Source: Camelus dromedarius
Taxonomy: Eukaryota
Assembly: GCF_036321535.1 (NCBI RefSeq)
Contig: NC_087436.1
Coordinates: 25,608,001-25,672,000, forward strand
Length of the DNA stretch: 64,000 nt
Direction: 5' to 3'
The notes beneath the pieces were generated by a model. That model saw only the letters and a program-made list of their open reading frames with translations, was not told the origin of the DNA and made no database searches. Of this stretch, positions 1 through 14,230 are shown piece after piece (position 1 is the first letter of the stretch; every line of letters starts with the position of its first letter). Position numbers and translations under genes: made by a program.

Positions 1-2358
1 AAAGGTGAAAAGAATCTGATTAGAAAGTTGCCTGAAATTAAATACAAAAATGAAATTCGGGGGATTTTGTGGATTTGCATATTGCGTAAATATATTGTCA
101 TAAACCTTACTGAAACAAGTTTTAGAAAATAAAGTCATCTAAAAACTTCAGCTACTGGGAACATTACACAACTCTAAGGACAGGCATTGCCATAGCAGGG
201 CATGAACAGAGACATTTCAGAGTCTAGGGAGAAAAATGCTTTGATTTTTGAGGAAAAGATTCTTACTCTTTGTCTTACACTTGAGATATAAACTAACATG
301 TTGATGTTTAAATTCTACTGTAATCAGACATTTAGTCTTAAATGTAAATTAATCAACACACTATGAACATTTTGATGCTTGGAAAAATGCCTAACAGTGA
401 GACCCAGATGTGTTTTCTGCCTCTTCAAATGTTGATTATACAATATTTGGAAGAGGAACGTGTGTTATTGTCAAGGAATGTGTATTATTGTCAGCCTCTT
501 TGTTTCATCTTCACTATGTCTTGTTTAGCCATCAGAATAGAAACGCTAAAGAATTAGCAATTGCTTGCCAAATCCCATGCTTCTCCAGGTATTCGAAAAT
601 AAAACTACCCCAAATTTTATGGCTTGCAGTTTTCAGCACATACCAATTATATTTTGAGCTATATTTTACCAGTGAAAAACTGATACCAAGATAGCCATGA
701 TGTTTAAAACTTCTCTTTTCTTCTCATTTTCAAAGTTCAACTTTTTAAAAAAGAAATCATATTTGTCTTTTAAAATCTCTTTACTCTTTCCTTTTGAAGA
801 AGAGTTTCAATTTTTATTCTTCCAATGTTATTCTTAAAGCTGTATGACACTGCATCATTTAAAAAAAATTCCTACGAGAAGAGATACCCTAGATTAAACT
901 GTTTGGGGCTAATAAAACACAGTGTGAAATCAAAGTAAGCTAAGAGATGTTCCTCAGATATCTCCTGATTTAGAACCTGGAGAAGCAGTAATATCTGTTA
1001 CCAATCACAGAGAATTCTGGGAGCAATAGGAAACTCAAGGGTAAGGTAAATAAACTGAATTCTTGGGTATAGAGGCCCAATAGTTCTTTTATACTTTGTC
1101 ATATATTAATTAATTTAACAAATATTTTATGAACTCTAAGTTTCAGGCACTGTGCAGGCACGTATGTTCTCTGGTATTTAAACTAGGGGAATAAGAACAT
1201 ATCTTTATGGTTAACAGCATAGATGAATAAATGTTATAATAAATATGTATATAAATATGCATATGTATGTAATAACAAAGATTTCCCTTTTGTTGACTGT
1301 GGCACTAAGAGAAATGCTTTCTATAAATGTTTTAGAAATTGGATTGTTAGTCCAATATAAACCATTGCTTGATCCATTAACATTCAAGAGTAACATTTGC
1401 TATTCATTATTTTCTTGAGGTCACTTTCCATTTTAGGTGTCAATGTGAAGTACAGCATATTGTCAGTTTCACAAAATAATAATGATTTGAAAAACAGTTA
1501 AGGCCCTCTGATGAGTTTGTCATGAAATTCCTATCAGAGAGACTTTGTTTGAATCTGTTTTGTTTTATATAATAAAAAATATATTCTCAGTATAAACCTA
1601 CAACCATACATTTAAAAGAATGGTTTCCACTTGGGTTGAATAAACAGCTATACGGACAGGATGTAAACCTACCATCCAGCTTTGTTTCGTAGTAGATGAA
1701 CCAGTTACTAGAATTATGTATATTTTCAAACCTACTAATCTGTGACCAGAATATGATCTACCATGATCACTATTTAAAATTTTAATGGACCACACTCATC
1801 ATTACTTTCCTCCCCAAATGGTGATGCTTTCCATAATGGAATGGATTCTTTTATTGTAAAAGAAATCCCATTGCTTTATTTCTACTCCATTTAACTTCAT
1901 TCCTTGCAACTTTGAGTTCATACTGCTGTTTAAATTTATTTTGGTATTGTTTAAATATAATCAAGATGAAACTGTTTTTAAAATAAATTAACTAAATAGT
2001 TTGTTACTATTACTCTCGGTGGCACCTCAGATTGTTTTCTTGGTTTTTTATCTCACGTTGTTCTCTTTAGGTCATTTTATACTCTATCTTCCTTTTGCTG
2101 AGCTGTGGACTGTGTTACTGATACTCAAATCAAAATCTCCTTTGCAGAATTATCTTACATTTTCTCCACCAGCATACATCCAATTGCCTTACAGGATCTC
2201 TACTTGATACTTCACACATTATTAATCTCCACAAGTCCAAAACGAAAGCCATTACCTTCTCCCAAATGTATCAAAACTCTTTTCTTCCAGTATGTCCCAT
2301 TTTGATTTGTAGCCTAACCACAATCCCTGGCCACAAAGCCAAACTACTGGAAATCATT

Positions 2359-2812
2359 TATCTTAGTAAGGATGTCAGTTTATAGGCTAGTTGACATAAT
2401 TGACAAACCCCTTGAACTTGATAGCTTAATGTAACACAATTTATTTCTCACTCTCATCATAGTAAAACAAACAAAAAAAACCAAAACAAGTATTCCTGCT
2501 GGTTGGTATCTCTCCTGCAATACTGACTCAGAAATGCAAATTCCTTATATCTTTTGTCTCCAAGTTTAACTTTTGGCTCCCAAGGTGACTGTAAGTGTCC
2601 TCTCCATATGGGTAGAAAGCATACAGATTTACTCTTCAGTGGCTTCTATTGACCAAGCTTAGAAGAGCATACAACTTTTCTGCCATAATTTTATTAAGTA
2701 GATCCCCATGCATGACTACACCGAACTGCATGACAGTTGCAAAATTTAGGCACCTGGGTGTCCAGAAGGAAAATAAAATGGGTTTTGGTGATCACATAGA
2801 CTCCATCATCAT
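2359..2812 (-). mobile_element. Old MaLR solo LTR (MLT1J/K-like), degenerate
   Basis: MLT1-like blocks 'gcttaatgtaacacaatttatttctcactc' and 'catgactacaccgaactgcatgacagttgcaaaatttagg...aaatgggttttggtga'. Subfamily is recalled from memory. Confidence 0.55.
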
Positions 2813-3136
2813 AGAGTCTTCTCTATATCTTCCCTTTGCATTTCCAAATGTCTTTATCAGTGTTTACGTGGCTAGCTCATTCTATCTCTCTTCCCTCTTA
2901 ACAAGTACAATGGGTTTTTAATTGGTCTATAAAACAGAATGATAATAGTGCCAAAATTTCAAGTTTATTTTAAGAAATAAGGATGATCAATGTATCATTC
3001 CTTTTATATAATAGTGTTTAATAGATTTGGATTCCACATCATTTTGTTCCCACATGGACCAAGAAATGCTTAACGACAATGTGCATGTTGCATCAAATTT
3101 ACATCCACATATCTGTTTTACAAGATTTCAAGATTC

Positions 3137-4983
3137 CAAGTGATGTTGGGAAAGCCGGAGAGCCACACATAAATCAATGAAATTAGAACACTCATTCATA
3201 CCATGCACAAAAATAAATTACTCAAAATGGCTTAAAGACTTAAATATAAGACAAGATACCATAAACCTCCCAGAAGAGAATATAGGCAAAACATTCTCTG
3301 ATATAAATTGTAGCAATGTTCTTCTAGGACTGTCTATGAAGGCAATAGAAATAAAAGCAAAAGTAAACAAATGAGACCTAATTAAACTTACAAGATTTTG
3401 CACAGCAGAGGAAACTATAAACAAAAAGAAAAGACAACCTACAGAATGGCAGAAAATATTTGGTAATGATGTGACTGACAAGGGCTTAATTTCCAGAATA
3501 TACAAACAGCTCATACAACTCAGTAACAATAAAATGAACAACCTAATCAAAAAATGGGCAGAAGATCTAAGCAAACATTTCTCCAATGAAGACATATAAA
3601 TGATCAAAAGGCACATGAAAAAATGCTCAGTATGGCTAATTATCAGAAAAATGCAAATCAAAACTACAATGAGGTATCACCTCACACCAGTCAGAATGGC
3701 CATCATTCAAAAGTCCACAAAAGATAAACCCTGGAGAGGCTGTGGAGAAAGGGGAACCCTCCTACACTGCTGGTGGGAATGCAGTTTGCTGCAGCCACTA
3801 TGGAAAACAGTGTGGAGATTCCTCAAAAGACTAGGAATATACTTACCATATGACCCAGGAATCCCACTTCTGGGCTTGTATCCAGAAGGAAATCTACTTC
3901 AGGATGACACCTGCACCCCAATGTTCATAGCAGCACTATTTACAATAGCCAAAACATGGAAACAGCCTAAATGTCCATCAACAGGTGACTGGATAAAGAA
4001 GATGTGGTATATTTATACAATGGAATACTACTCAGCCATAAAAACCGACAACATAATGCCATTCGCAGCAACATGGATGTTCCTGGAGAATGTAATTCTA
4101 AGTGAAGTAAGCCAGAAAGAGAAAGAAAAATACCATATGAGATCACTCATATGTGGAATCTAAAAAAACAAAAACAAAAACAAACAAACAAACAAAAACA
4201 AAGTGTAAATATAGGACAGAAATAGACTCATAGACAGAGAATACAGACTTGTGGTTGCCAAGGGGGTGGAGGGTGGGAAGGGATAGACTGGGATTTCAAA
4301 ACTGTAGTATAGATAAACAAGATTACACTTTATAGCACAGGGAAATATACACAAAATGTTATGATAACTCACAGAGAAAAAAATGTGACAATGAGTGTGT
4401 ATATGTCCATGAATGACTGAAAAATTGTGCTGAACACTGGAATTTGACACAACATTGTAAAATGATTATAAATCAATAAAAAATGTTAAAAAAAAAAAGA
4501 AGTTGTGATATAGAGAGAGAATGGAATACTACTCAGCCATAAAAAGAATAAAATAATGCCATTTGCAGCAACATGGGTAGACCTGGAGATTGTCATACTA
4601 AATGAAGTGAGCCAGAAAGAGAAAGAAAAATATCATATGATATCACTAGTATGTAGAATCTTACAAAAAGACATAAATGAACTTATTTACAAGCCAGAAA
4701 CAGACTCACAGACATAGAAAACCAACTGATGGTTACCAGGGAGGAAAAGGGGTAGGGAGGGATAAATTAGGAGTTCGGGATTTACAGATACTAACTTCTA
4801 TATATAAAATAGATAAACAACAAGTTTCTACTGTATAGCATATCTTCATATCTTGCAGTAACCAATAATGAAAAAGAATATGAAAAAGAATACATGTATG
4901 TATATGTATGACTGAAACATTATGCTGTATACCAGAAATTGACACAATATTGTAAACTGACTATACTTCAATAATTTAAAAAA
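3137..4983 (+). mobile_element. 5'-truncated LINE-1 with two tandem 3' ends (composite)
   Basis: ORF2 C-terminal peptides (3177-3374; 3600-4163, ...HCWWEC...SLICGI*). First 3'UTR and A-tail run to ~4498. A second ORF2 end, 3'UTR and A-tail span ~4499-4983. Flanking TSD aagatttcaagattc (3122-3136) / aagatttaaagattc (4984-4998). Confidence 0.95.
3600..4163 (+). pseudogene. LINE-1 ORF2p C-terminal (Cys-rich) fragment, open for 187 aa
   Basis: [42 protein letters not shown] and [18 protein letters not shown] are standard L1 ORF2p C-terminal motifs. Confidence 0.93.
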
Positions 4984-5050
4984 AAGATTTAAAGATTCTT
5001 TTGATAGTGTACACAAAATGATACCAAGATAGGTCAAAGGAAGAACTATT

Positions 5051-5425
5051 TGTTATATATCTCCAAACAAAAGATGGGTGTCAAGCAAGGCCACACTGGC
5101 ACTTGCACCTGAGAACTGAGTAACAACAATCTGGAGCTCTAGGGGGAAGCTTACATATAGCAAGAGGGATGAGGTTAGCTAGGTTTCCAGGGCTCCCTAG
5201 AGATGGACTAATCTGAATAATTTTGCAGGCTCTGGGAAATAGAGGAGCATTTACTTGATCTCTCTTTCTCTGTCTCTCTCATTTTCTGGTACCTGGCCTG
5301 CGGCAATTAGGGTAGGTGCATGGTGGCCCCCACTATGAGAGCCTGATAAGGGAAGTAGTTCCGGTGTGGAGTTAATCAGCTGTTCAAGGAATACTGACTA
5401 GTCAGGGTTTCAAAACTAGGTCAAG
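5051..5425. mobile_element. Probable ancient ERV LTR fragment (family not assigned)
   Basis: Begins TGTTA and is richer in GC than its flanks. Blocks 'ctaatctgaataattttgcaggctctggg' and 'ctggtacctggcc...attagggtaggtg' resemble old ERV LTRs. Confidence 0.45.
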
Positions 5426-7934
5426 AAAAAAAATGATTTAAATACCTTATAGAGTTCTTGGTAAAAATAACTACCTGTTTATCTTTGTTAAATAGAACGA
5501 AACTAATGTCCTGGGAAAATATTACTCAACATTATTTCTTAGGTCTTGTGCTTAGTATTAATGTTTGGCTTTGGTTATCCTGACATCAATGATAAATCTG
5601 AATAGTTACTGCAATGCCTTTTATTATAAATCTATTAGGAGATAGTGATATATTGCATCAATGTGTTTAATTTTCAGTAATCTTTTAAAACTCCAGAAGG
5701 TTTTTAAAATAATGAATTTTCACTTCTGACCATAAGTTGACTCATTTTTTGGTATCATTTTAGACAATGTCTCCAGACTCTCACCTCCATCATCTGATGC
5801 AGAAACATCATGTGCACAGCTATCTTTCATCTCAGTTGCAACTATTTCATGTTTAACCAATCAAAAAATATTCACACTGTCTCAATTTACTATACATTCT
5901 ATTTTAGTTGTCATTAGCAAATAGAAACATTGTCACTTTCTGGTCTCAACAGCTGTGAAACATAATGGACATTCAAGAGAAAAAGAAAGTTATTTTTATT
6001 TTATTGTATATCATGCATCCTCGTTTAGCCTATTTTTGATTCTCAATCATTTGGGATGCCTTGCACAATTCCATCTGCTACAGAGAGCTGGCATGGTGCT
6101 CTCCTTGGAATCAATATGTATTCCTGTTATGTCTTCCTCATCTTGAGAGCAGAAAGAAGAGAAAGCATTTTCATCTCTCCTAATGCCAGACACCTGTTTC
6201 AATTGTCAGCTTTGGTTCATGAAATTCAGTCATTTCCAGGATTATTATAAACTTACACTGGGAACAATTCTGGTAAAAGACATGCTTTGATTGGAGGCAC
6301 TTTCTTCTGGTTTCATCTTTGTCCCATTTACTTTCCTGTTGCTGCCAGCTTTTTCCCTCAGTTTTCATCCATTTTTTCCCCCTAATTTTCGCTACTGAGT
6401 ACCCTATCTATAAAGGAAAACTCTAAGATTTCTTTGATCCGCATATGATAGATTCTCTGTTCTGGTGATGATGAGACTGAGCTAAAAAGATCTTTGTTTA
6501 GAATATGCCCAAGATAACCTTATGCTATTCAGCCGTTTACAAAAGTTACGGCAGCCTAGTTAGCAATAATCTTATCTGTACTAAATATAGTGCTTTTATG
6601 TAAATTCCTTATATGTACATAAATTTATTTGACTTTTACACACCTTGTGAGCTATGTAGGTCAGTAGAGTTGTTTCTGTTTCACAGATCAGGACTGAGGC
6701 TGAGAGAGGTTAAAAACTGCAGAAAGGTCATTGCTTTTTTCTATTAACACAAAATCATGCATCATTCTTCAATATCTTAAGAAATCTTAAATAACTAACC
6801 CAAATAATTTTTTAAATAATGTGATATGTTCCAATAAATGTCAGAAGAAATAGTTAAAATAGAATATTTATAATTCAAACTGATTCTTAACACGCCTTAG
6901 TCAAAAGCTATGTGGAAATTCTATTTTCAGGATATTTGCCTAGTATCTTTGATTTACACTAAACAAATGTATGTCCTTTAGCTTAGAGTAAATAAATTAT
7001 TAAATATAATTTTACACCTGAGTTTTCAGTCCTGTAAATGTTAATCTTGTATACTTCTTTGAAATTAAAAAGAGCAAAGAGCGCTGTGAAGAGCCGAAAA
7101 CATGGCACTATTTATTATAACTCATGTTACCTGTCAATGAATGTAATTGTTGATACATATTTACTCCTATATTTTTTATGATGCTGTAGCTTATTTATAT
7201 AATTGATAAAATATTCTGTTTGACCAAACCTGTCCTCTGTACAACTATACTCACATGAAGCCAAGAACTTTAAAATGCATAATTTAATAGGATCTCTAGA
7301 ATTACAAAAGCTAATACCAGGGTCAAAAATTTATTTTTAGTAAACATTTGAAAGAGAGAAATAACTTGGCCAATTTGCTAATAAAATTTTCTTGGCTAGC
7401 TTAGCCACAGAATATAATCAAATTTTTTCAATAAAATCTGGGTAGTAAAATGTTATGTGGAAAAATTAGTGTTATTCATTGTGCAAATTCATTCAACAAC
7501 TGTGTGTTGATTGTCCACTATGTAACAGTATATGCACAGACCACTCCAAAAAGTAAGGTTACAGACCATAATGTGTCAGTAGGTGTTTGTGTAAGTAATT
7601 TCGAGAAAAATACTCTTGAGAATTTGATGCAAAAATTTATTTCATTGTCTTTACCAATGAGTATAAATGACTGTCAAAAGTTCTTGAAAATCTGCCTACT
7701 TACTATCCTTAAATTTGCTATGATCTTCATAGGAAGTTTCATCCACTTCACTAAATGCAAAATTTCAGCCCAGGATCATTTTCCTACCCTCTGCCCCAGC
7801 ACCTCAGTGTGGAAAAATTATCTCGTATTTTGGAAAAATGTCCTTGTCCATCTTACTATGTTTTCCCAGTCTGTGATACAAGACAGCAGACAGCTAACAT
7901 TCCCAATGGGACGGGCTTTTTCCCTTCAGGATGC

Positions 7935-8313
7935 TGTGCTGGTCTGCTTGGGCTGCTCTAACAGAGGGCCACGGACTGGATGGACTGAACAACAGGAATG
8001 TATCTTCCTACAATTCTGGAGACTCAATCTGAGATCAAGGTGTCAGCAGGGTTAGTCTCCTCTGAGGCCTTTTCCCTTGGTTTATGGTTGGCCAACTGCT
8101 CTCTCCATCGCCACCTGGGCTTACTTCTGTGCATGTCTCTGTCCAATTTGTTCCTTCTAAGTCACCAGTTGTACTGGATTAGAACCCATCCTAATGATCT
8201 CACTTTAACTGAATACCTCTCTAAAGGCCCTATATCCAAATACTGTCACATCTTGAGGTATTGGGGGTCAGGACTTCCACCCTGGATTTTGAAGGAACAC
8301 AATTCAGCCCATA
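7935..8313 (-). mobile_element. MaLR solo LTR (MLT1B-like)
   Basis: Reverse strand starts ttatgggctgaattgtgt...gaagtcctgacccccaatacctcaagatgtgacagtatttgga. Core 'tctgagatcaaggtgtcagcagggtt' is present. Confidence 0.85.
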
Positions 8314-9933
8314 AATGATGCTAAAATCTACCAATCAAGGTATATACCAGGGATCTATCCAGAGAACTTTTCAAAACATTATTTCTTATCTTCCCAAATC
8401 TAAACAACTCATTTATTTTTTTGGCATTCCATTTGGAAACCTTAAGTATCCTCGTGATTGGAATTCTCTATGTTGTAGTATTCTATACATTATGTTTTGA
8501 TTGTACATCTGCACAGAATTCTTTGGTGAGTATTTAGCTCTTTTGCATTACATGTTATACAAGCCAGTAGAGTCCTCAGGTACTTGGAGAAATAAGTCCT
8601 GGGTATTTAGAAAAGCCTATGTCTCTCTAGATCTAATGCTTTTACCTCTTTTCCCTTGGAAACTGGGTACCTTCTAATTTCTGTAGCAGAATCAAAATAA
8701 TAAATAGATATTTGAAACTCCATGACCACCAAAAAATGTGTGTTTGTATGCACTTTACGACTAAGGTTTTCCTTGTATAAAAATTTTAGTTTGCTTTCTA
8801 CTCCAATTGCTCTCATTAAAATGACAGAGCTGGGCTTCTTAGCCACTTCCTTCAAGAGAGTAACAATTTTCTGTCTGACTATATTTAGGAATTTACAATT
8901 TTCTAAATGAGGCCTCTAATCCTAAGGTGGTTTATGAAGTACCCTTCTTGCTTATTTTAAATATCTTCCTTTTCTATACTCTATCTCCTCCGTGTGTTTA
9001 TTGAGAGCTGCACAATTTTTTTTTCACACTAAGCAACTATTCACATACCCAGTATTTCATCTCATACATTTAAGAATGGAAATATTTATGTCTTCTTAGC
9101 TATTGAAATAAGTGAGAAAATTCCTTTGATCTTTTATTTCCCCATCCAAGTGTAATTTGTTGAAATAATTGATTTCAAGTTTCTTCCTTGTATTTTAGAT
9201 TCTAAATTAAAAATAAATATTCCTAACAGGGAACAAAGATGTTCAAACTCTTTAAGCATTCCCTTTATTAACCAAAACATAGTAGCACAGAGATGAGGAC
9301 AATAAATTTTCAAGCATATGGAGAGTGACATTTGTTTGTATGTTTACTGCTTATTTGGTTTGTGTTTTATTACCATATTATTCTTAGATTAGTAAATTGA
9401 TGCATATAAATGTATCAGAAGGACACTAGATCTAGATTCCACATAAATTATTTTCTGGTAAATTTCTCAACATATATAAAATTAGTAGGAGTTAAATCCC
9501 AGTTATTACTTCTCCAAAGCACCTCTAGGACCTAGTGAATATCTACTATCATAATTTTAAATTATCACCTTTTATTTTTATCAGTCAGATCAGTTCTTAT
9601 CAATGAATTGGTCATGAAAAGCTTTCTGCAGTAGAAAGAACCCTCAGAGTTCACAGTGTGTCTCCTGTGTTCATGCCTCTTCAGCAGAGCTCCAACACCT
9701 ACAAGAAAAGCTCCTAAGAATTCCCTGGAAGTTAGCTCTTGTACTTTTATCCATTCACATTTTCGTACTCCCCAGAGTGTCATTCAATTCTGGAAGGGTT
9801 TCTGGCATCCTTGGGTTTCCATAATAGTTTCTCTCATTTTTATAACTAGTATGACAAATTTAATATTAGAAGTTACAAATTTTTCATCAGCATCTCCAAT
9901 TAGATGATCTAGCTATGCATTATATTGACTTTA

Positions 9934-10097
9934 CTTTTTAAATTAATTTTTCACTGTTATATTATTTTATTAATTTTTTGGCAGGCGGGAAGTAATTAGA
10001 TTTTGTTATTTATTTTTACAGGAGGTACCGTGAATTGAACCCAGGACTTTGCGTATGCTAAGCATGTGCTCTATCACTTGAGCTGTACCCTTCCCCC
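9934..10097 (-). mobile_element. tRNA-derived camelid SINE (vic-1/VicSINE type)
   Basis: Reverse strand reads ggggaagggtacagctcaagtgatagagcacatgcttagcatacgcaaagtcctgggttcaattc (A and B boxes, tRNA-Ala-like), then ctaattacttccc and an A-rich tail. Perfect 13-bp TSD tatattgacttta at 9921-9933 and 10098-10110. Confidence 0.92.
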
Positions 10098-11854
10098 TAT
10101 ATTGACTTTAAACTTTTCCTGTTAGAAGTTAACTATAATGGATTTCTTGATTCAGAAATGTTGACTATTAGAAATGGTCACTTGACAGGCCAGGAAAGAT
10201 CCCAGCAAGTTGCCAGTGTGAGATACTACAGGACAGGATTCTTACAGATCAGGCAGCAAAATCAAGGCAATGGCACTTGTATAATGATTTAAATTTGACA
10301 AAAAATGTTTCATCATTATTTCCTCTTACTGATAAAGGGACTGCATCTTAGATCACTTGAATGACCTACTTATGAGGCAATGTCTTCTGGCCATTTTTAA
10401 TACCAGAAAATTGAAGCAATTGTGAGATAGGCAGAGTAGGGCGAATGGTGTTAATGAGATTGTTACCCACTTTGCTGTCTTGGAAATTCAGCCTTAAAAA
10501 ACATGATTACATCATCAACAACAAGACCCGAACATATTTATGGTGAGATATCTCTTCTTAATCTCTCTCTCTCATGATGAAGCCAAACCAATAGTATGAG
10601 AACCAGCTTAGGCCAGTTTTCACAAAGAATGGCTTTTCTCCGAGATTGAAAGACAATATCCTGAGGATAGTATTAAATGACCAGCATGGCTAAGTGCACT
10701 GTTCAACTTTCAATTCATTGTCAAATGAAATTGGTATAGTGTCAAAAACCATCAAAAACCTAACACAACAATTTCTCCCTGGAGAAACATACTGTAACTA
10801 TTACAAGGCACTTTTAAGGTTTATTGATTTGGAGATAGGAAGCACAGCTAGATGGGAGCGGCGACAGAGATGAAGTGCATTTCTTAGCATAATAAACATG
10901 TTCCCAGGTCAGGGATCATACGTATATAAAAACAGAGCATCATTTAATTGTCATATGTTCTATTTTTACAGCTGTATTTGTACCAGATTCTGATTATCCA
11001 AATGACAAAGATTTTGCTTTTTCAGATGCTGGTACCAATATAATCTGTGCTTTTTCTCTGATAGGAAAATAAGGAGGATAGTTTTTAAAAGTCTAAGGAC
11101 TCTGAAGATAAAGGAATCATGGCATAGCTTAAAGTCTCTGTGTAACATCATGATATCAACGTTAGCAGAATTCAGAAAGTTGACCAGCCCATTTCCCATA
11201 TTTGTTTTATCCCTACTTAGTATCTTTCTGGAGTGCAGGGTCTTTACAATGCATTTCTGAGTAAAGGTGACTATTGAATTGATTTTCCCCTGGGTAGATT
11301 TAGCGTTATAATTATGCTTGTTTACAGTACTAAAAATAGTACCAGTAAAGTGTGTTTTTAAATACTCTCTATTCAAAAATGTGCTACTTTACCATGCAAT
11401 TTTAACAGTGCTGCTTCAAAATTATTTGATCAAATTTGAACTGTATATTAAAACTGGCAAATAAAATAGTGACTTAAAAGCTACATTAACAAAATTCATA
11501 GCCACTTTCTAATTCAAGGACACCCACAGTACATTTTTCATTTTGTTTTAATACTAAGAAGGTTATTTCCTTTATAATAAGTCTAAACAGATTATACATG
11601 TATATCGATAATAGAACAAACTTGCTTTGTTTATTTTACATATTTATAAGTTCAAATAAAAATAGCATTATATATTATGAGGTGTGACAAATGTCCACGT
11701 CTAGTAAATTAGGGAGTCTCTTTGAGAGTCTTCAGTAAACATTTGAATTTTGTGAATATGTCCAAGACTTTTTGTCATCATTAAACAAGTTTATACTTCT
11801 CATAAGATTTTTCAAAGGGGTTTGTGACCTCATATACTAATAACTACTACATTG

Positions 11855-14230
11855 GAGGCATTTCTACCCAATTCAAGAATAAAGAGATGCTACCCAACAT
11901 CACTCATATTATCTATCTTGTTCTAAAAATTATAGCTTATGTGTCAGGACATAAAACAGAAAAAAAAAGGTAAGTGATAAGGGAAGTGTTTTTATTTACA
12001 GAAGGCATAACACTCTGAATGATATTTAACTGATGAATTATTAGATTTGTAAAGAAAGTTTAGTGCAATAGATCAGTATAAGAAAAATTCTGATGAGGAA
12101 ATTAATAATTGTTATATCCTGCAAAGATTAATAGAAATATATAATGGGAAATGCCCTCTTTCATAATAGCATACATAGTCACAAAATAACTGGAGTAACC
12201 TTAAGGATATTAAGTATGGATCATATATGAAGAAAGCAATATAAACTATCAAATATATAAAAAGGAAGGAAATGAGAGGTTTAGCATATTATAGAATGGA
12301 AAGTTTGAACATTTGCAATATAGTTTCTTAAAAAATAATGCAATTTCAACCTGAATCATAATTTTTAATTTTATTTTAGAAATTTGAAAAAGTTATCTTA
12401 AATTCTACTTAAAAGTATCAAATAGATGGAAATAAAATGAAGGGGCCATAATCCCATAACATAGTGTAAAGATACAAAAGCAGAAAATAATTTATGTTTT
12501 GGGAACTAATAATGTCAACACATATAATTAGGAGGCAATAAAATCAACTGGGAAGTGGATGGTGCTTGCCCTCTTTGTTTTGCTCTTTGTTATTGAAAAG
12601 AATTTTCAATAACATAAGTGAGAAGAAGTCCACTACACACAAATAAGTAGATTTCTATAGGTCACCATTAGATAATTTAAAAGAAAAGAAAATTAGAAAA
12701 TATATTTGATTTTAGTCACAAAAATAAAATATTAAAGAGTAAAACTCTCAAAAAGTATGCAAGCCTTATTAAAATAAAGACAATAGTACTTTACCTAATG
12801 GCCCTAAAAGATATAAGGGATGGAGAGACATGCCAAAAGCCTGGATAAAAAGACTAAAAATTTTAATGATGCCGGTTCATCCAAATAAATCCATATATTC
12901 AATGTGCTTCTGAACAATACAACAGTCATTTGTATGAAGATAATTATATTTGAAAGAGAAAGTGAAGATGAATATTCTAAATAGTTCTGCAAAAAGCAAA
13001 CAGTGAAGAAGAGTATTTTCCACGGATTAATTACTGTGAAATGATAGGAATTAAAAGAGCAAGTAACTGCAATAAACAAACCAGGGAACCCAGACTAGAA
13101 TTCTAGAAACTGACTCGTCTATCTGAAGATTTACCTAATGATAAAGGTAGGACTGAAAACCAGAAGGAAAACTGTAAGTTATACAATAAATGTTCTTCTA
13201 GTTATTCAAATAATATAGAAAATTCCAGATGGATTAGAAATTACACTTTAATTTATTTAGAATTGATTTAATTTATATAAGTGTAGATAAATATTAACAG
13301 TATATACACAAACACATTTGTTCAGTGGGATTTCAATTAGGAAAATAATTTTGGGGTGAAGAAGGCTTTCTAAGTAAACACTAAACTTAGAAATCATAGA
13401 AAAGATAATGATGTGGATATATCGATAATTCTCTATTTTAAGTGCTATTGTATTTAATATTGAAAGGTCTTTTGCAATTCAATAAAAAATTTTAAAAACA
13501 TAAACAGCCTACTCCCAGAATACAGTGTGACATTGGCCAATACATTTATCAAAGTATGACCTAACACAATTATTCAGGGAAATTTAAATAAAGCAACACA
13601 GAAATGCCAATTTTTATCACTCAGATATTAAAATATTAATCAGAAAATAAACATGGTACTATATTATTAATAATATTATAAACTGGAACAGCCCTTTTAG
13701 TTAACAATTTAGCAGTATCAGAAAATTTAATACGTTGAAATACATCAACCTTGGAATTCTATTTCTAGTTATCCTGTAAAATTTCTGTTCTTTATATAAA
13801 AATATATGTAGCAAAATTTTAATTCTTGATACATGGAAAAACAACTGTTAAGGAACTATATTTCCATCATCAGTATGTGGTTAAATAAATTGCAGTGTAC
13901 CCACACAATAGCAGAGCAAGGCTGACTTCTAAGTCAAAAGTATATCGGTGTGTAAAACAGCAAATGAAAGAATATATAAGACATATATTCATTTATGCTA
14001 AATAAAAAAACCCCCATAACTATGTATTTTATTTCATTAACTATTCTTTTTATGTTTATAAAGAATAAACTGCAAACTTGTAACTGTGGTTGCCTCTGGA
14101 AACAGGAGTATTTGAGAAACACTAAGGATAATGGTATTGGAAAAAAATGAACATTTAACTGACTATAGTCATCTGTTACTTGAGATAAGAATACATTTAA
14201 GTATTGCATATAATTTTTTATAAATCAAAA
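11855..14230 (+). mobile_element. Cluster of highly degenerate old L1M (L1ME-like) ORF2 and 3'UTR fragments
   Basis: A-rich, with residual L1 phrases ('ttatttacagaaggcataa', 'aatgcaatttcaac', 'tggttaaataaattgcagt', 'gtggttgcctctgg'). No open frame. Confidence 0.65.

Noticed and set aside
1598..1710. Possible minus-strand exon (NWFIYYETKLDG... with GTAGGT donors)
   Set aside because: Acceptor lacks a pyrimidine tract and the peptide is unrecognised.
3218..3661. Hydrophobic minus-strand ORFs (also 37870-38286, 59743-60015)
   Set aside because: Standard antisense translations of A-rich L1 ORF2.
7450..8055. Longest ORF in the track (201 aa)
   Set aside because: No recognisable domain, composition typical of AT-rich noncoding DNA, and the 3' end runs into an MLT1 LTR.
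10020..10097. tRNA gene
   Set aside because: Degenerate stems, SINE body, A-rich tail and TSD show it is a SINE.
10972..11031. Possible 60-nt exon (VFVPDSDYPNDKDFAFSDA)
   Set aside because: Weak donor (gtacca), no partner exons and no recognisable protein.
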